DNA from: an uncultured Lachnospiraceae bacterium
Lineage (GTDB): Bacteria > Bacillota > Clostridia > Lachnospirales > Lachnospiraceae
Length of the DNA stretch: 41,150 nucleotides
NCBI GenBank assembly: GCA_902783455.1
Contig: CACZRH010000207.1
Span: 1-41,150 of the forward strand
Reading direction: 5' to 3'
Shown here: one piece after another, positions 8,573 through 18,046 of the stretch
Layout: the number at the start of each line of letters is the position of its first letter
How positions within the stretch are numbered: the first letter of the stretch is position 1
Translations under genes and position numbers: made by a program
Notes under the pieces: generated by a model
The model's database searches: none
Seen by the model: only the letters and a program-made list of their open reading frames with translations
What the model was told of the DNA's origin: nothing

Positions 8573-10096
8573 ATGGGCATTTCGGAGCAATTTCTGAAAA
8601 AATGGATTAAAAGAATAAAACCGCAGTATTATGCGGCTTTTTTCGGTGCGCTGATTGTCGGTTTCATCTGCCATATGCCGGTAATGACAAAGAATCTTCC
8701 GGTTTATGATACCTTTTGGAACATCTATTTTGATCAGGACATGATTAGCTCCGGCAGGCAGTTTTTAACCTTTGCCTGCGGACCCACATCCTATTATAAC
8801 CTTCCGTGGATTAACGGCATTGTTTCCCTGATTTTTCTGGCTTTGACGGCAGTGTGCTTTACGGAACTTTTCCGGCTGGAAAGGAAAAGCACCGCTTTTT
8901 TAACCGGTGCGGTGATTGCGGCGTTTCCTGCCGTAACCGGAACCTTTGCCTTTATTTATACCGCGGATGGCTATATGATGGCCTTCTTTTTGTCGGTTTT
9001 ATGCGTTCTTCTGGCAGACCGGCTGAAATGGGGCTTTATTCCGGGGGCATTCCTTTGCGGATTTTCCATAGGCGTTTATCAGTCTTACCTTTCCGTTACC
9101 ATGCTTTTATGCATTTTTATTCTGGTCGGCGATTTATTAAAAAGCGACCGGAACCGGAAGGAGATTCTTTATAAGGCACTTCGGTTTTTGGGAACCGGTG
9201 CTTTCGGATATCTTTTCTATGTTCTGAGTCTGAAAATCATGCTTGCCCTTTCCGGCAGGAGCTTAAGCGGATACCAGGGAACCGACCGTGTCGGAGGAAT
9301 TGAACTGTCGGGTCTTCTTACGGGATTGAAAAGCGCTTTTACCGATTTTCGCGAATTTACTTTTTCCGGCGGGATTTTTACGGAAAATATCTGGATGAAA
9401 ATTGCCTACGTACTTTTCATACTGACAGCTGCAGGACTGTTTTGCTATACAGCGTGGAAGGAAAAACTGTATCAAAAACCGGTCAGAATCCTATGCATCG
9501 TTTTATTACTGGCGCTGATTCCTTTTGCGGCATCCGCAGTATGCATTATTTCTCCGGGGGTTTTATTCCACATCCTGATGCGTATGCCGTGGGTGGTTTT
9601 GTTTCTGTTCGGCCTTTCCTTTATGGACGGGAAAAAAGCATTTGGACTGATTGGCTTTCTTTTTGCCGGAATACTGGTTTTTAATTTTATATTATCGGCA
9701 AATGTAGTATACTTTAATCTGAATGAGCGATATGAAAAAACATATGCGCTTTGCATCCGGATTGCGGATCGCTTAGAACAGACCGAAGGGTATCAGACCG
9801 GCGATCCGGTGGCGATTTTAGGCGGATATCCGAATGCGGAATATTATCCGTCCACGGATATCACCGAGAAAATAACGCGCGGGTATCATGAAACGGAGGG
9901 CGATTACTGTATCGAATCCTCTGAAAAATATGCGGAATTCATGAAGCATTACTTAAACGTTACGGTTCAGGTTCCGGAATTCGACGAACAGCTTGCGATT
10001 GCGGATACGGATGAATTTCGACAGATGGACTGTTTCCCGAAGGACGGATGCATTAAAAAGATCCGGGGAGTCTGGGTGGTAAAATTAAACGGATGA
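8573..10096 (+). CDS. Glucosyltransferase GtrII/GtrC-like (Glucos_trans_II) GT-C membrane protein (paralog 1)
   Basis: D..SSGR.FL, YTADGY, GVYQSYL, YQG, LMRM; about 10 TMs plus a C-terminal soluble domain ending in KKIRGVWVVKL; ATG 8573 after AAGGA. Confidence 0.75.
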   Translation: MGISEQFLKKWIKRIKPQYYAAFFGALIVGFICHMPVMTKNLPVYDTFWNIYFDQDMISSGRQFLTFACGPTSYYNLPWINGIVSLIFLALTAVCFTELFRLERKSTAFLTGAVIAAFPAVTGTFAFIYTADGYMMAFFLSVLCVLLADRLKWGFIPGAFLCGFSIGVYQSYLSVTMLLCIFILVGDLLKSDRNRKEILYKALRFLGTGAFGYLFYVLSLKIMLALSGRSLSGYQGTDRVGGIELSGLLTGLKSAFTDFREFTFSGGIFTENIWMKIAYVLFILTAAGLFCYTAWKEKLYQKPVRILCIVLLLALIPFAASAVCIISPGVLFHILMRMPWVVLFLFGLSFMDGKKAFGLIGFLFAGILVFNFILSANVVYFNLNERYEKTYALCIRIADRLEQTEGYQTGDPVAILGGYPNAEYYPSTDITEKITRGYHETEGDYCIESSEKYAEFMKHYLNVTVQVPEFDEQLAIADTDEFRQMDCFPKDGCIKKIRGVWVVKLNG

Positions 10097-10136
10097 GCAG
10101 GGAAGAATTAGGAAAAGCTATAAAACGAAAATCAAT

Positions 10137-10160
10137 ATAACAGAAAAAATAACAGAAAAA
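10137..10160 (+). repeat. Perfect 12-bp tandem repeat (ATAACAGAAAAA x2) in the intergenic region
   Basis: Copies at 10137-10148 and 10149-10160. Confidence 0.8.
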
Positions 10161-10203
10161 TCGATATTCAGAAATCTTAAAGAAAAGAGTAAGAGGGATC
10201 AAA

Positions 10204-11145
10204 ATGAAAGTATTTGTAACAGGTGTTGCGGGGCAGCTCGGACATGATGTCATGAATGAATTAAGCAAGCGGGGAATCGAAGCCGTCGGCAGTGATCTGG
10301 CGCCGGAATATGCGGGGATACAGGATGGCAGTGCGGTAACGAAAATGCCGTATGTTTCACTGAATATCACGGATTCGGAAGCGGTAAAAAATGCAATTCA
10401 TTCAGTGCATCCCGATGCCGTAATTCACTGTGCGGCATGGACTGCGGTGGATGCAGCCGAAGATGAGGAAAATCGTGAAAAAGTAATGCAGATTAATGTA
10501 AACGGAACCGAATACATTGCACGTGCAGCGGAGGAAATCGATGCAAAGATGATGTATATCAGCACGGATTATGTTTTTAACGGTGACGGGGAAGTGCCAT
10601 GGGATGCCGACTGTAAGGATTTTGCACCGCTTAATGTATACGGAGAGAGTAAATACAGGGGAGAGGTTTCCGTTAGTACAGCCTGCAAAAAATATTTCAT
10701 TGTCCGTATTGCATGGGTATTCGGCTTAAACGGAAAGAACTTTATTAAGACAATGTTGAATGTAGGTAAGACACATGATAAACTAAAAGTGGTATGCGAT
10801 CAAATCGGGACACCGACTTATACCTATGATCTGGCGAGACTTTTAGTGGACATGATCCGGACCGAAAAATACGGATATTACCATGCGACAAACGAAGGCG
10901 GATATATCAGCTGGTATGATTTTGCCGTGGAAATTTTCCGGCAGGCAGCCGAAAACGGGCACCCGGAATACAGCTCCAACCGCCTTACAATAGAACCGGT
11001 TACCACTGCGGAGTATGGTATTTCCAAGGCAAAGAGACCGTTTAATTCCAGGCTTGATAAATCCAAGCTTGTTTCTTGCGGTTTTACGCCGCTGCCGACC
11101 TGGCAGGATGCGCTTAGCAGATATCTGAAGGAGATTGAGGAATAG
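10204..11145 (+). CDS. rfbD: dTDP-4-dehydrorhamnose reductase
   Basis: VTGVAGQLG, HCAAWTAVD, YISTDYVF, YGESK (YxxxK), DQIGTPTY, KRPFNSRL. Confidence 0.95.
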   Translation: MKVFVTGVAGQLGHDVMNELSKRGIEAVGSDLAPEYAGIQDGSAVTKMPYVSLNITDSEAVKNAIHSVHPDAVIHCAAWTAVDAAEDEENREKVMQINVNGTEYIARAAEEIDAKMMYISTDYVFNGDGEVPWDADCKDFAPLNVYGESKYRGEVSVSTACKKYFIVRIAWVFGLNGKNFIKTMLNVGKTHDKLKVVCDQIGTPTYTYDLARLLVDMIRTEKYGYYHATNEGGYISWYDFAVEIFRQAAENGHPEYSSNRLTIEPVTTAEYGISKAKRPFNSRLDKSKLVSCGFTPLPTWQDALSRYLKEIEE

Positions 11146-11150
11146 CAAAA

Positions 11151-12008
11151 ATGGGCAAAATCTGGGGTAAATTTTCGAATACGCAGAGAGTCATCATGAT
11201 TGGAATTATTATTCTTCTGGTTGTGGTAATCATTCTGCGTGCAAACGTATCGAGACTTCGCGGGCCGTATTGCCGCTTTGAGGATGCAATCAATGCAGGA
11301 AACGTAAAAGTGGCTGTGGACAGCTACAAAAAGCTTGGTGGTGCCGCCAATAAAAAAGACCGTGTCAATGCGGAAAAAATGGGCAGCAAGTATGCCCGGA
11401 TCGAAATCTCCAATTATATCTCGGGAGAAGAATCCTATGAGAAGGTATCCGAAGAGATTTCCATGTTGCAGGAATCTGTTTTAAAGAATGACAGTCAGGT
11501 GGCGGAGTACGTGGATAAAATGGAATACTGGCACAATGCCGAAGAAATGTTCCGTTTGGGAAAAGAAGCAAAGGAAGCCGGTTTATACGAGGAAGCCATC
11601 GATTATTTCGAACAGGTACCGAAGGATTATGTTGCTTATGACGAGGCACAGGTTGCAATCGAAGAGAGCGAGGAATTAATAGAGGCCAGGGCAAAGCAGA
11701 TTATTGAGCAGGCCATGGCAACCATTAACATTAAAGAAGACCTTCATACGTATATGGATGCAATTAAGATTCTGGACGATTACATGGCGGAATATCCGGA
11801 GGATAATTTTATCGCGGCAAGACGTGAGCAGTTCATGGACGAATATTATAATATCCAGTTAAAGAACGTTACTGCGATGGCAGAAAGCGGTGATACGGAA
11901 TCGGCGCTGAAACTTGCGAAGGAACTTCAGAGCCTGAATCCGGAGCGAAAAGAGGCTCAGGATTATGTAAAACAGCTTCAGGATCAGATTTCGGAAACGC
12001 AGAATTAA
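11151..12008 (+). CDS. Membrane-anchored helical-repeat (TPR-like) hypothetical protein
   Basis: N-terminal TM (VIMIGIIILLVVVIIL); TPR-like segments MFRLGKEAKEAGLYEEAIDYFEQV and ESALKLAKELQSLNP. Confidence 0.6.
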   Translation: MGKIWGKFSNTQRVIMIGIIILLVVVIILRANVSRLRGPYCRFEDAINAGNVKVAVDSYKKLGGAANKKDRVNAEKMGSKYARIEISNYISGEESYEKVSEEISMLQESVLKNDSQVAEYVDKMEYWHNAEEMFRLGKEAKEAGLYEEAIDYFEQVPKDYVAYDEAQVAIEESEELIEARAKQIIEQAMATINIKEDLHTYMDAIKILDDYMAEYPEDNFIAARREQFMDEYYNIQLKNVTAMAESGDTESALKLAKELQSLNPERKEAQDYVKQLQDQISETQN

Positions 12009-12024
12009 GGGGTCGGGGGACAGT

Positions 12025-12588
12025 ATGGAAACTCTTTTGATTATGACAAATGCAGAAGCGGCGAATACGCTTGCAATCGTGGCATGGGTACTGACATTTT
12101 TTATTGTACTGAATGCGGCGATTCTGGCTTATACCATTATTCGAAACAAAAAAGCGGCAAACAGAGGGGAAATGCCGGATGTGTCCGAACAGCCCGCTCC
12201 CATGCGTACGGACAAAATGCCTCCCGTAAAGGTGGTACCCGGAAAGGAAAAGCAGCAGGAAGACAATTCGGATGATGCGTATCTTCCGGAAGGAACATTC
12301 CAGATTTCTTTGACGGATATGGCAAATCCCGAGAGAACTTTCTATGCGGAAGGAAAGGCGGCGTATCTTGTCGGACGTCGGCCGCAGATGGATTTATGTA
12401 TTCCGGATGACGGTTATGTGTCCGGTACGCACTGTAAATTTGAATTAGTGGACGGGGATTTGTATTTAACAGACCTTGAGTCCTCCAACGGAACCAAAGT
12501 AAACGGGGAAAAAATTACCGATAAGACGAAAGTTACGGAGAATGATATTATCCGTATCGGTAAGATGGAATATAAGGTAAATTATTAA
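12025..12588 (+). CDS. Single-TM FHA-domain protein
   Basis: N-terminal TM followed by basic RNKK; C-terminal FHA with VGRR, VSGTH and SSNGT motifs. Confidence 0.9.
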   Translation: METLLIMTNAEAANTLAIVAWVLTFFIVLNAAILAYTIIRNKKAANRGEMPDVSEQPAPMRTDKMPPVKVVPGKEKQQEDNSDDAYLPEGTFQISLTDMANPERTFYAEGKAAYLVGRRPQMDLCIPDDGYVSGTHCKFELVDGDLYLTDLESSNGTKVNGEKITDKTKVTENDIIRIGKMEYKVNY

Positions 12589-12591
12589 ATT

Positions 12592-13677
12592 ATGTCTGAA
12601 CAACGAAAAAAACGAAAAACAAATTCACTGATACCGGTTGTCATTTTTTTATCTTTAAGCGTTCTTCTGGTATTGGTGATTTGCTTTGTATTATCACTTA
12701 CGCTTCTGTCCACAAAGGAAGGCGGTTTTTTTTCGGCCAAAAAGGAAAAAGCTTCCGAATATGCTTCCGATGAACCGATTCCCGTAACCTATTCCCAGGC
12801 GGAAGTGGATGAAATGCTGGTATCAGCCAGGGAAACAGGCGCTTCGGAAAAAGAAACCGAAATCAAGGAGATGATCCGCGCCGAGGCGGAATCGAAGAAT
12901 CCTTCCCTTGCAACGATTTTAAGACGCATGTATCCGGAATACATGGTTTATTCCGGAGACGGAACGTTTTATTTTCAGGAGCTGGATGAAAATATTCCCG
13001 CGAATCCTTACGCAAGAGAGAATTTCGTAACACAGGAAAACGGATATCGTTTTTATGAGGAAAACGGTACGAGGAAAAGTGTTCTGTGTATCGATGTCTC
13101 GTCCCATCAGGGAGCCATTGACTGGCCGCAGGTTGCGTCCTCCGGCGTAGGGGCGGCAATGATCCGGGCCGGATACCGTGGATACGGAAGCGGTAAAATG
13201 GTGGAAGATGAAACGGCTTTGGCAAATATAGCAGGTGCAAGGGCCAATAATATTGAAACCGGGCTCTATTTCTTCTCACAGGCAGTCAATGAAGCGGAGA
13301 TTGATGAGGAAGTGGATGTTTTGCTTCAGATGGCTGCAGAAGGCGGTGTCAACGGACCGATTGCAATCGACGTGGAAAAGCTCGATGATTCTTCCGCAAG
13401 AGGAAATGCTCTTTCAAAAGAAGATCGCACGCATCTTGTGGAATATTTCTGCGAGAAAATTACAGCCGCCGGATACGAGCCGATGATTTACGGAAATGCC
13501 TATTCCCTTTTCCATATGCTGGATTACTCCAGAATTTACCGGTATAAGACCTGGTATGCATTTTATTCCGATTTTATGTATTTCCCGTATCAGGTGGATT
13601 CCTGGCAGTATTCCAATACCGGATCGGTACCGGGAATTAAAGGAAATGTTGATTTGAATGTCCGTTTTGTACCATAG
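12592..13677 (+). CDS. Membrane-anchored GH25 lysozyme/muramidase
   Basis: Basic N-terminus plus TM; IDVSSHQG, IRAGYRGYG, GLYFFSQA, catalytic DxE (AIDVE), WQYS..GSVPGI.GNVDLN. Confidence 0.9.
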   Translation: MSEQRKKRKTNSLIPVVIFLSLSVLLVLVICFVLSLTLLSTKEGGFFSAKKEKASEYASDEPIPVTYSQAEVDEMLVSARETGASEKETEIKEMIRAEAESKNPSLATILRRMYPEYMVYSGDGTFYFQELDENIPANPYARENFVTQENGYRFYEENGTRKSVLCIDVSSHQGAIDWPQVASSGVGAAMIRAGYRGYGSGKMVEDETALANIAGARANNIETGLYFFSQAVNEAEIDEEVDVLLQMAAEGGVNGPIAIDVEKLDDSSARGNALSKEDRTHLVEYFCEKITAAGYEPMIYGNAYSLFHMLDYSRIYRYKTWYAFYSDFMYFPYQVDSWQYSNTGSVPGIKGNVDLNVRFVP

Positions 13678-13724
13678 GACGGCGTTTTAAATAAATATTG
13701 TTTTAGAAACTGAGGTTTTTTATC

Positions 13725-14198
13725 ATGTTGAATTTTCTGGTAAGCATGGTTCGAAACGAAGTGCTGATGAGTGCGATTTGCAGCTGGATTCTGGCACAGA
13801 TTGTGAAAACCATTCTTCATTTGTTTGCAACAAAAAAATTTGTACCGGAGCGGTTAATCGGAAGCGGCGGTATGCCATCCTGTCATTCCGCTGCCATGTG
13901 CGGACTTACAACGTCCCTTCTGCTTCATCCGGATTACGGAATATCTTCCCCGGTTACCGCAATTGCCTGCGTAATGTCTGTGGTTGTAATGTATGATGCG
14001 ATGGGTGTCCGCAGAGAGACCGGTTTGCAGTCGGCTGTTTTAAACCAGATCATCGAAGAGTACCGCAAGTCGGGAAACAATTTGCTTGCAAAAGAGAAAC
14101 TGAAGGAATTTATCGGACACAGCCCGTTCCAGGTTTTAGTGGGAGCGCTGCTCGGAATATCGTTTGCGCTGCTGTACTGTCTGGTAATTATTCGTTAA
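13725..14198 (+). CDS. Divergent PAP2 family protein (DUF212)
   Basis: GSGGMPSCHSA, VMYDAMGVRRETG, LKEFIGHSPFQV. Confidence 0.9.
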   Translation: MLNFLVSMVRNEVLMSAICSWILAQIVKTILHLFATKKFVPERLIGSGGMPSCHSAAMCGLTTSLLLHPDYGISSPVTAIACVMSVVVMYDAMGVRRETGLQSAVLNQIIEEYRKSGNNLLAKEKLKEFIGHSPFQVLVGALLGISFALLYCLVIIR

Positions 14199-14199
14199 A

Positions 14200-15795
14200 A
14201 TGGACAAAAGCAATTCCAAAAATAATATATCCCGAAAAGGGGGCACGGTTCTGCTGATTCTGATGATTCTGATGCCCCTGATTCAAGCCGCCTTTATCGC
14301 CCTGTTTCAGGTGCTTTTCGCTTCCGGAGATCCGTTTCCCGGAATCGTATGGAACGATGAGGCGGTTTATTTAAAGTTAATTGAAAATTACGCGAAATAT
14401 GCAAGCCCCCTTGGATACTGGGGATTCGACGCAAACCATGCAATTCTCGGTTCGGGACCGGCCTGGAGTCCGGCGATTATCTGGCCGTATGCACTGATTG
14501 CAAAGATTATTCCGCCAGGGCCTCATTTCGTATTTTTTTGCAATCTCTTTTTTATGGTTTCGGCGAATGCACTTTTTGGCTTCTTTGCGAGGCCGAAAAA
14601 AGAGGAGTGCATCCATTTGATCGGATTTCAGATTGTATCGGTTCCGGTAATCCTTTATCTTTGCACAAACATGTCGGAGCTGTTTCGTTATGCACTGGCG
14701 ATTGTGGCGGCCGGAATGCTGTATTATGTGTATACGGACAGGGACAAAGGAAAAATGCGGACAGCCCTTCGCTACGTCGTAATTCCGCTTTTTTTACTCT
14801 ACTGTGTACAGGTTTATACATTTTTCGCATTTGCAATTCCTCTTTATGTATGCGGATTATTAAAGAACAGAAAATGGTATGTCCGGTTTTTGATTTCCCT
14901 GCCGGTTACCGGAATCGTGACATTCGCAAGCTATTATCTGCTGCATCTGATTTCCAGCAATTATAATATCGGGAAGTCGGAATATGTTTTTAACGCCCTT
15001 GCCAACCGGGATATTTGGGGAGCAGTAAAAAGTGTTTTGTTTATGATGAAAGAGGGAATCGGCGGAATCTGGTATTTAAAAAATTATTTTACTTCCATGC
15101 CGCTTTATCCATATAGTGTGATTTTAGCGTTCATCTTAATCGGAATCGGGATTTTTCTTTCGGTATGGGGAAAAAACATTCCGGAAAAAGCGGATGATGT
15201 TTATCTCGGAAGAATGGTTGCGCATTCCATCCCGTTATTTTATCTGATGTATTTAACGCTATATACCATCGTTCCGGATACGTTTTATCGTGGGACACAG
15301 ATTGTAATTCTGTTTTCCATGTTTCTTCTGTCGATGTCAAAAAGGGAGTATCTGGTGCGTTTTCTTATCCTTTTTTCACTGCTTGGTCTGGCCTTTGCAA
15401 AACCGCAGTTTAAGACATTTACGGAACATCATTATGAAACATCTTCTGTCAGTGCGGAATGGGACAGTCTTCGGGAGGACTTGTCGGAGGTTATGAAAGC
15501 CGATTCTTCCAAAGGGCTTTGGGAGAATACCGTTTTAATGTATACAATGGAGCCGAAGGCAATTGCCGCCGTTCCGGCCGGACTTGCGGAGAATTTTGTC
15601 CTGACGGACGGCGTTTTTTCAAGTGACTGTGGATATCTGTTCTTCAGTAAGGCGGATCCCGAGGCGGCGGATCCGGCGTGGATTGTTAAATCCCATGAGG
15701 AGACCGTATCGGCCAACGAAGCGGACATACAGGCTTTCTATAGTGTGATTTACGAAAGCGATCAGTATATTGTGTATCGGAAAAATTATGAGTGA
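14200..15795 (+). CDS. Multi-TM membrane protein, putative GT-C glycosyltransferase
   Basis: WNDEAVY (DE motif in the first external loop, as in PMT/ArnT-type GT-C), many TMs, soluble C-terminal domain. Confidence 0.55.
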   Translation: MDKSNSKNNISRKGGTVLLILMILMPLIQAAFIALFQVLFASGDPFPGIVWNDEAVYLKLIENYAKYASPLGYWGFDANHAILGSGPAWSPAIIWPYALIAKIIPPGPHFVFFCNLFFMVSANALFGFFARPKKEECIHLIGFQIVSVPVILYLCTNMSELFRYALAIVAAGMLYYVYTDRDKGKMRTALRYVVIPLFLLYCVQVYTFFAFAIPLYVCGLLKNRKWYVRFLISLPVTGIVTFASYYLLHLISSNYNIGKSEYVFNALANRDIWGAVKSVLFMMKEGIGGIWYLKNYFTSMPLYPYSVILAFILIGIGIFLSVWGKNIPEKADDVYLGRMVAHSIPLFYLMYLTLYTIVPDTFYRGTQIVILFSMFLLSMSKREYLVRFLILFSLLGLAFAKPQFKTFTEHHYETSSVSAEWDSLREDLSEVMKADSSKGLWENTVLMYTMEPKAIAAVPAGLAENFVLTDGVFSSDCGYLFFSKADPEAADPAWIVKSHEETVSANEADIQAFYSVIYESDQYIVYRKNYE

Positions 15796-16543
15796 TGAAT
15801 TGGTAAGCATTATTGTTCCTGTCTATAATGCGGAAAATTATATAAGGGATACGGTTCTATCCGTTCTGTCGCAGAGCCTTTCCGACTGGGAATTAATTCT
15901 GGCGGAAAATGGTTCGATGGACAATACGGTGGAAGTTTTGCGCGAACTTGAAAAAAAAGATGAGCGGATCAGGGTGCTTATTCTGGGAGAAAATACCGGT
16001 GCAGCCAAAGCCAGAAACGAGGGATTAAAGGCTGCGCGGGGCCGTTATATCGCGTTTTTGGATGCGGATGATTTGTGGAAGAGCGAAAAGCTGGAGCGTG
16101 AGCTTGAATTTATGAGAGAAAAAAATGCGGCATTTGTCTTTACCGGCTATGAATTCGGCGATGAAAACGCGAAGCCGACCGGCAAAATCGTTACCGTCCC
16201 GGAAACCTTAAACCATAAACAGGCCATGAAAAATACAACGATTTTTACTTCCACGGTCATGTTTGATACAAAGCTGATTGAAAAGGAAAAGCTTTTTATG
16301 CCGGTAATCAAAAGCGAGGATACCGCGCTTTGGTGGCAGATTCTCCGGGAAGGGTATCTGGCATACGGTTTAAACGAAAATCTCGTTTTATACAGAAGGC
16401 CTGCCAAATCGCTTTCCTCGAATAAAATCGAAGCCTTAAGACGAATCTGGAACCTTTACCGGAACTGGGAACATTTAAATTTCTTTAAGAGCGTATGGTA
16501 CTTCATAAACTGGGCGGTACGTGCAGTCGGAAGGAGAATCTGA
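15788..16543 (+). CDS. GT2 glycosyltransferase (TuaG-like)
   Basis: VSIIVPVYN, ARNEG, FLDADD, SEDTALW; ATG 15788 overlaps the upstream stop. Confidence 0.9.
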   Translation: MSDELVSIIVPVYNAENYIRDTVLSVLSQSLSDWELILAENGSMDNTVEVLRELEKKDERIRVLILGENTGAAKARNEGLKAARGRYIAFLDADDLWKSEKLERELEFMREKNAAFVFTGYEFGDENAKPTGKIVTVPETLNHKQAMKNTTIFTSTVMFDTKLIEKEKLFMPVIKSEDTALWWQILREGYLAYGLNENLVLYRRPAKSLSSNKIEALRRIWNLYRNWEHLNFFKSVWYFINWAVRAVGRRI

Positions 16544-16560
16544 GACTTCTCGCGGTTTGA

Positions 16561-16589
16561 TTGAAATACAGTCTCTCGTGTGGTATAAT
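16561..16589 (+). promoter_or_regulatory. Near-consensus sigma70/SigA promoter with extended -10 for the core polysaccharide operon
   Basis: TTGAAA(16561-16566)-17 bp-TATAAT(16584-16589), with TG at the extended -10 position. Confidence 0.8.
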
Positions 16590-16663
16590 AAAATGAACTA
16601 TGCCTTGCCGTAAAACGGCATGGAATAAGGATTTTTAAGAATACCTGGCGGGAGATTTTTTTA

Positions 16664-18046
16664 ATGGGCAAATTGGATGCCGTAAAACGCATATTGGTTC
16701 TGCAGCTTGTAAGTATCGAATTCCTTCTGGATGTGGCAGGCTATGCGTTTATCTGGTTCTATAAATATAAAAAACTGGTTGAAGTTCAGTTCTGGCAGAA
16801 GGGCGATACGCTCGTGATTGTAATATATGCTGCCATTCTCTTTGCGTTTTTCTTCGCATACGGTGCGGGAAAAATCGGATATCTCAGAAGTTTTGAAATC
16901 TTTTTATCCAAAACATTTTCCATACTGGCTGCCAATCTTATTACGTATGCGCAGCTGTCGCTGATGACCGGAAAACTGTCGAATCCGAAATATCTGCTTA
17001 TGCTGACCGGTGCACAGCTGATCTTTTCGTTAATCTGGTCCTTTGCCGGAAATGCCATATACCGCTCGGTATTTGCGCCCAGGGATCTTTTGCTGGTCTG
17101 CGGGGAACGTCCGGTAGATGAAATCGTGGAGAAGTTTAATTCCAGAAAAGACCGTTTTGTCATTGCGAAAATCATGAATATTTCTGAGGGTGAGGAAGCA
17201 ATCCGGGAGGAGATTTTAAACCGTTATCAGGGTGTTGTCATCTGGGATATTCCACAGAAATCCAGAAATAATATTCTGAAATACTGTTACAGCAAATCCA
17301 TCCGGGTATATATGATGCCGAAAATCTCGGACGTTATCGTTCAGGGGGCGGATGTGCTTCATTTCTTTGATACTCCGGTGCTGCTTACCAGAGAGTATCC
17401 GCTGACATTTGAACAGCGCTTTATCAAACGTACCATTGATTTAATCTGTGCATTGATTCTGATTGTACTGACTTCGCCGATTATGCTGATTACCGCAATC
17501 GTGATTAAGCTTTATGACGGCGGACCGGTTTTATACAAACAAAAGAGAGTTACCATCGGCGGAAAGATTTTTAAGATTGTCAAATTCCGTTCCATGTCCG
17601 TGGATGCGGAAAAAGACGGAAAAGCAAGACTTGCATCCAAGAAGGATCCGCGCATTACACCGATCGGCCGCTTCATCCGCAAGGTCCGTATCGACGAGCT
17701 TCCCCAGTTATTTAATATTGTGGCGGGAGACATGTCCTTTATCGGTCCGAGACCGGAGCGGCCTGAGATTATCAAACAGTATATTCAGGATATGCCGGAA
17801 TTCGAATTCAGAACCAAGGTGAAAGCCGGACTTGCCGGATATGCGCAGGTTTACGGCAAATACAACACCACTCCCTATGACAAGCTGAAACTGGATTTGC
17901 TTTATATCGAGAATTACACGACCTGGCTTGATTTAAGACTGATGCTTTTGACCCTGAAGGTACTGTTCCTTCCGGATGCCACGGAAGGGGTTGATCAGGG
18001 GCAGCTGACAGCTTTAAAAAAGGACTCGGAGGAAGATAACAAATGA
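16664..18046 (+). CDS. Priming polyprenyl glycosylphosphotransferase (WcaJ/CpsE-like sugar transferase)
   Basis: Four N-terminal TMs, then KRTIDL, KFRSM, DPRITPIGRFIRKVRIDELPQLFNI, GPRPER, GLAGYAQV. Confidence 0.95.
   Translation: MGKLDAVKRILVLQLVSIEFLLDVAGYAFIWFYKYKKLVEVQFWQKGDTLVIVIYAAILFAFFFAYGAGKIGYLRSFEIFLSKTFSILAANLITYAQLSLMTGKLSNPKYLLMLTGAQLIFSLIWSFAGNAIYRSVFAPRDLLLVCGERPVDEIVEKFNSRKDRFVIAKIMNISEGEEAIREEILNRYQGVVIWDIPQKSRNNILKYCYSKSIRVYMMPKISDVIVQGADVLHFFDTPVLLTREYPLTFEQRFIKRTIDLICALILIVLTSPIMLITAIVIKLYDGGPVLYKQKRVTIGGKIFKIVKFRSMSVDAEKDGKARLASKKDPRITPIGRFIRKVRIDELPQLFNIVAGDMSFIGPRPERPEIIKQYIQDMPEFEFRTKVKAGLAGYAQVYGKYNTTPYDKLKLDLLYIENYTTWLDLRLMLLTLKVLFLPDATEGVDQGQLTALKKDSEEDNK

Noticed and set aside
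12592-13677. GH25 gene as a prophage endolysin
   Set aside because: It has an N-terminal membrane anchor, and there are no holin, structural or integrase genes nearby
16593-16613. Mini-ORF MNYALP* upstream of the priming transferase
   Set aside because: The ATG is only 3 bp past the -10 box, probably upstream of the transcription start, and has no RBS
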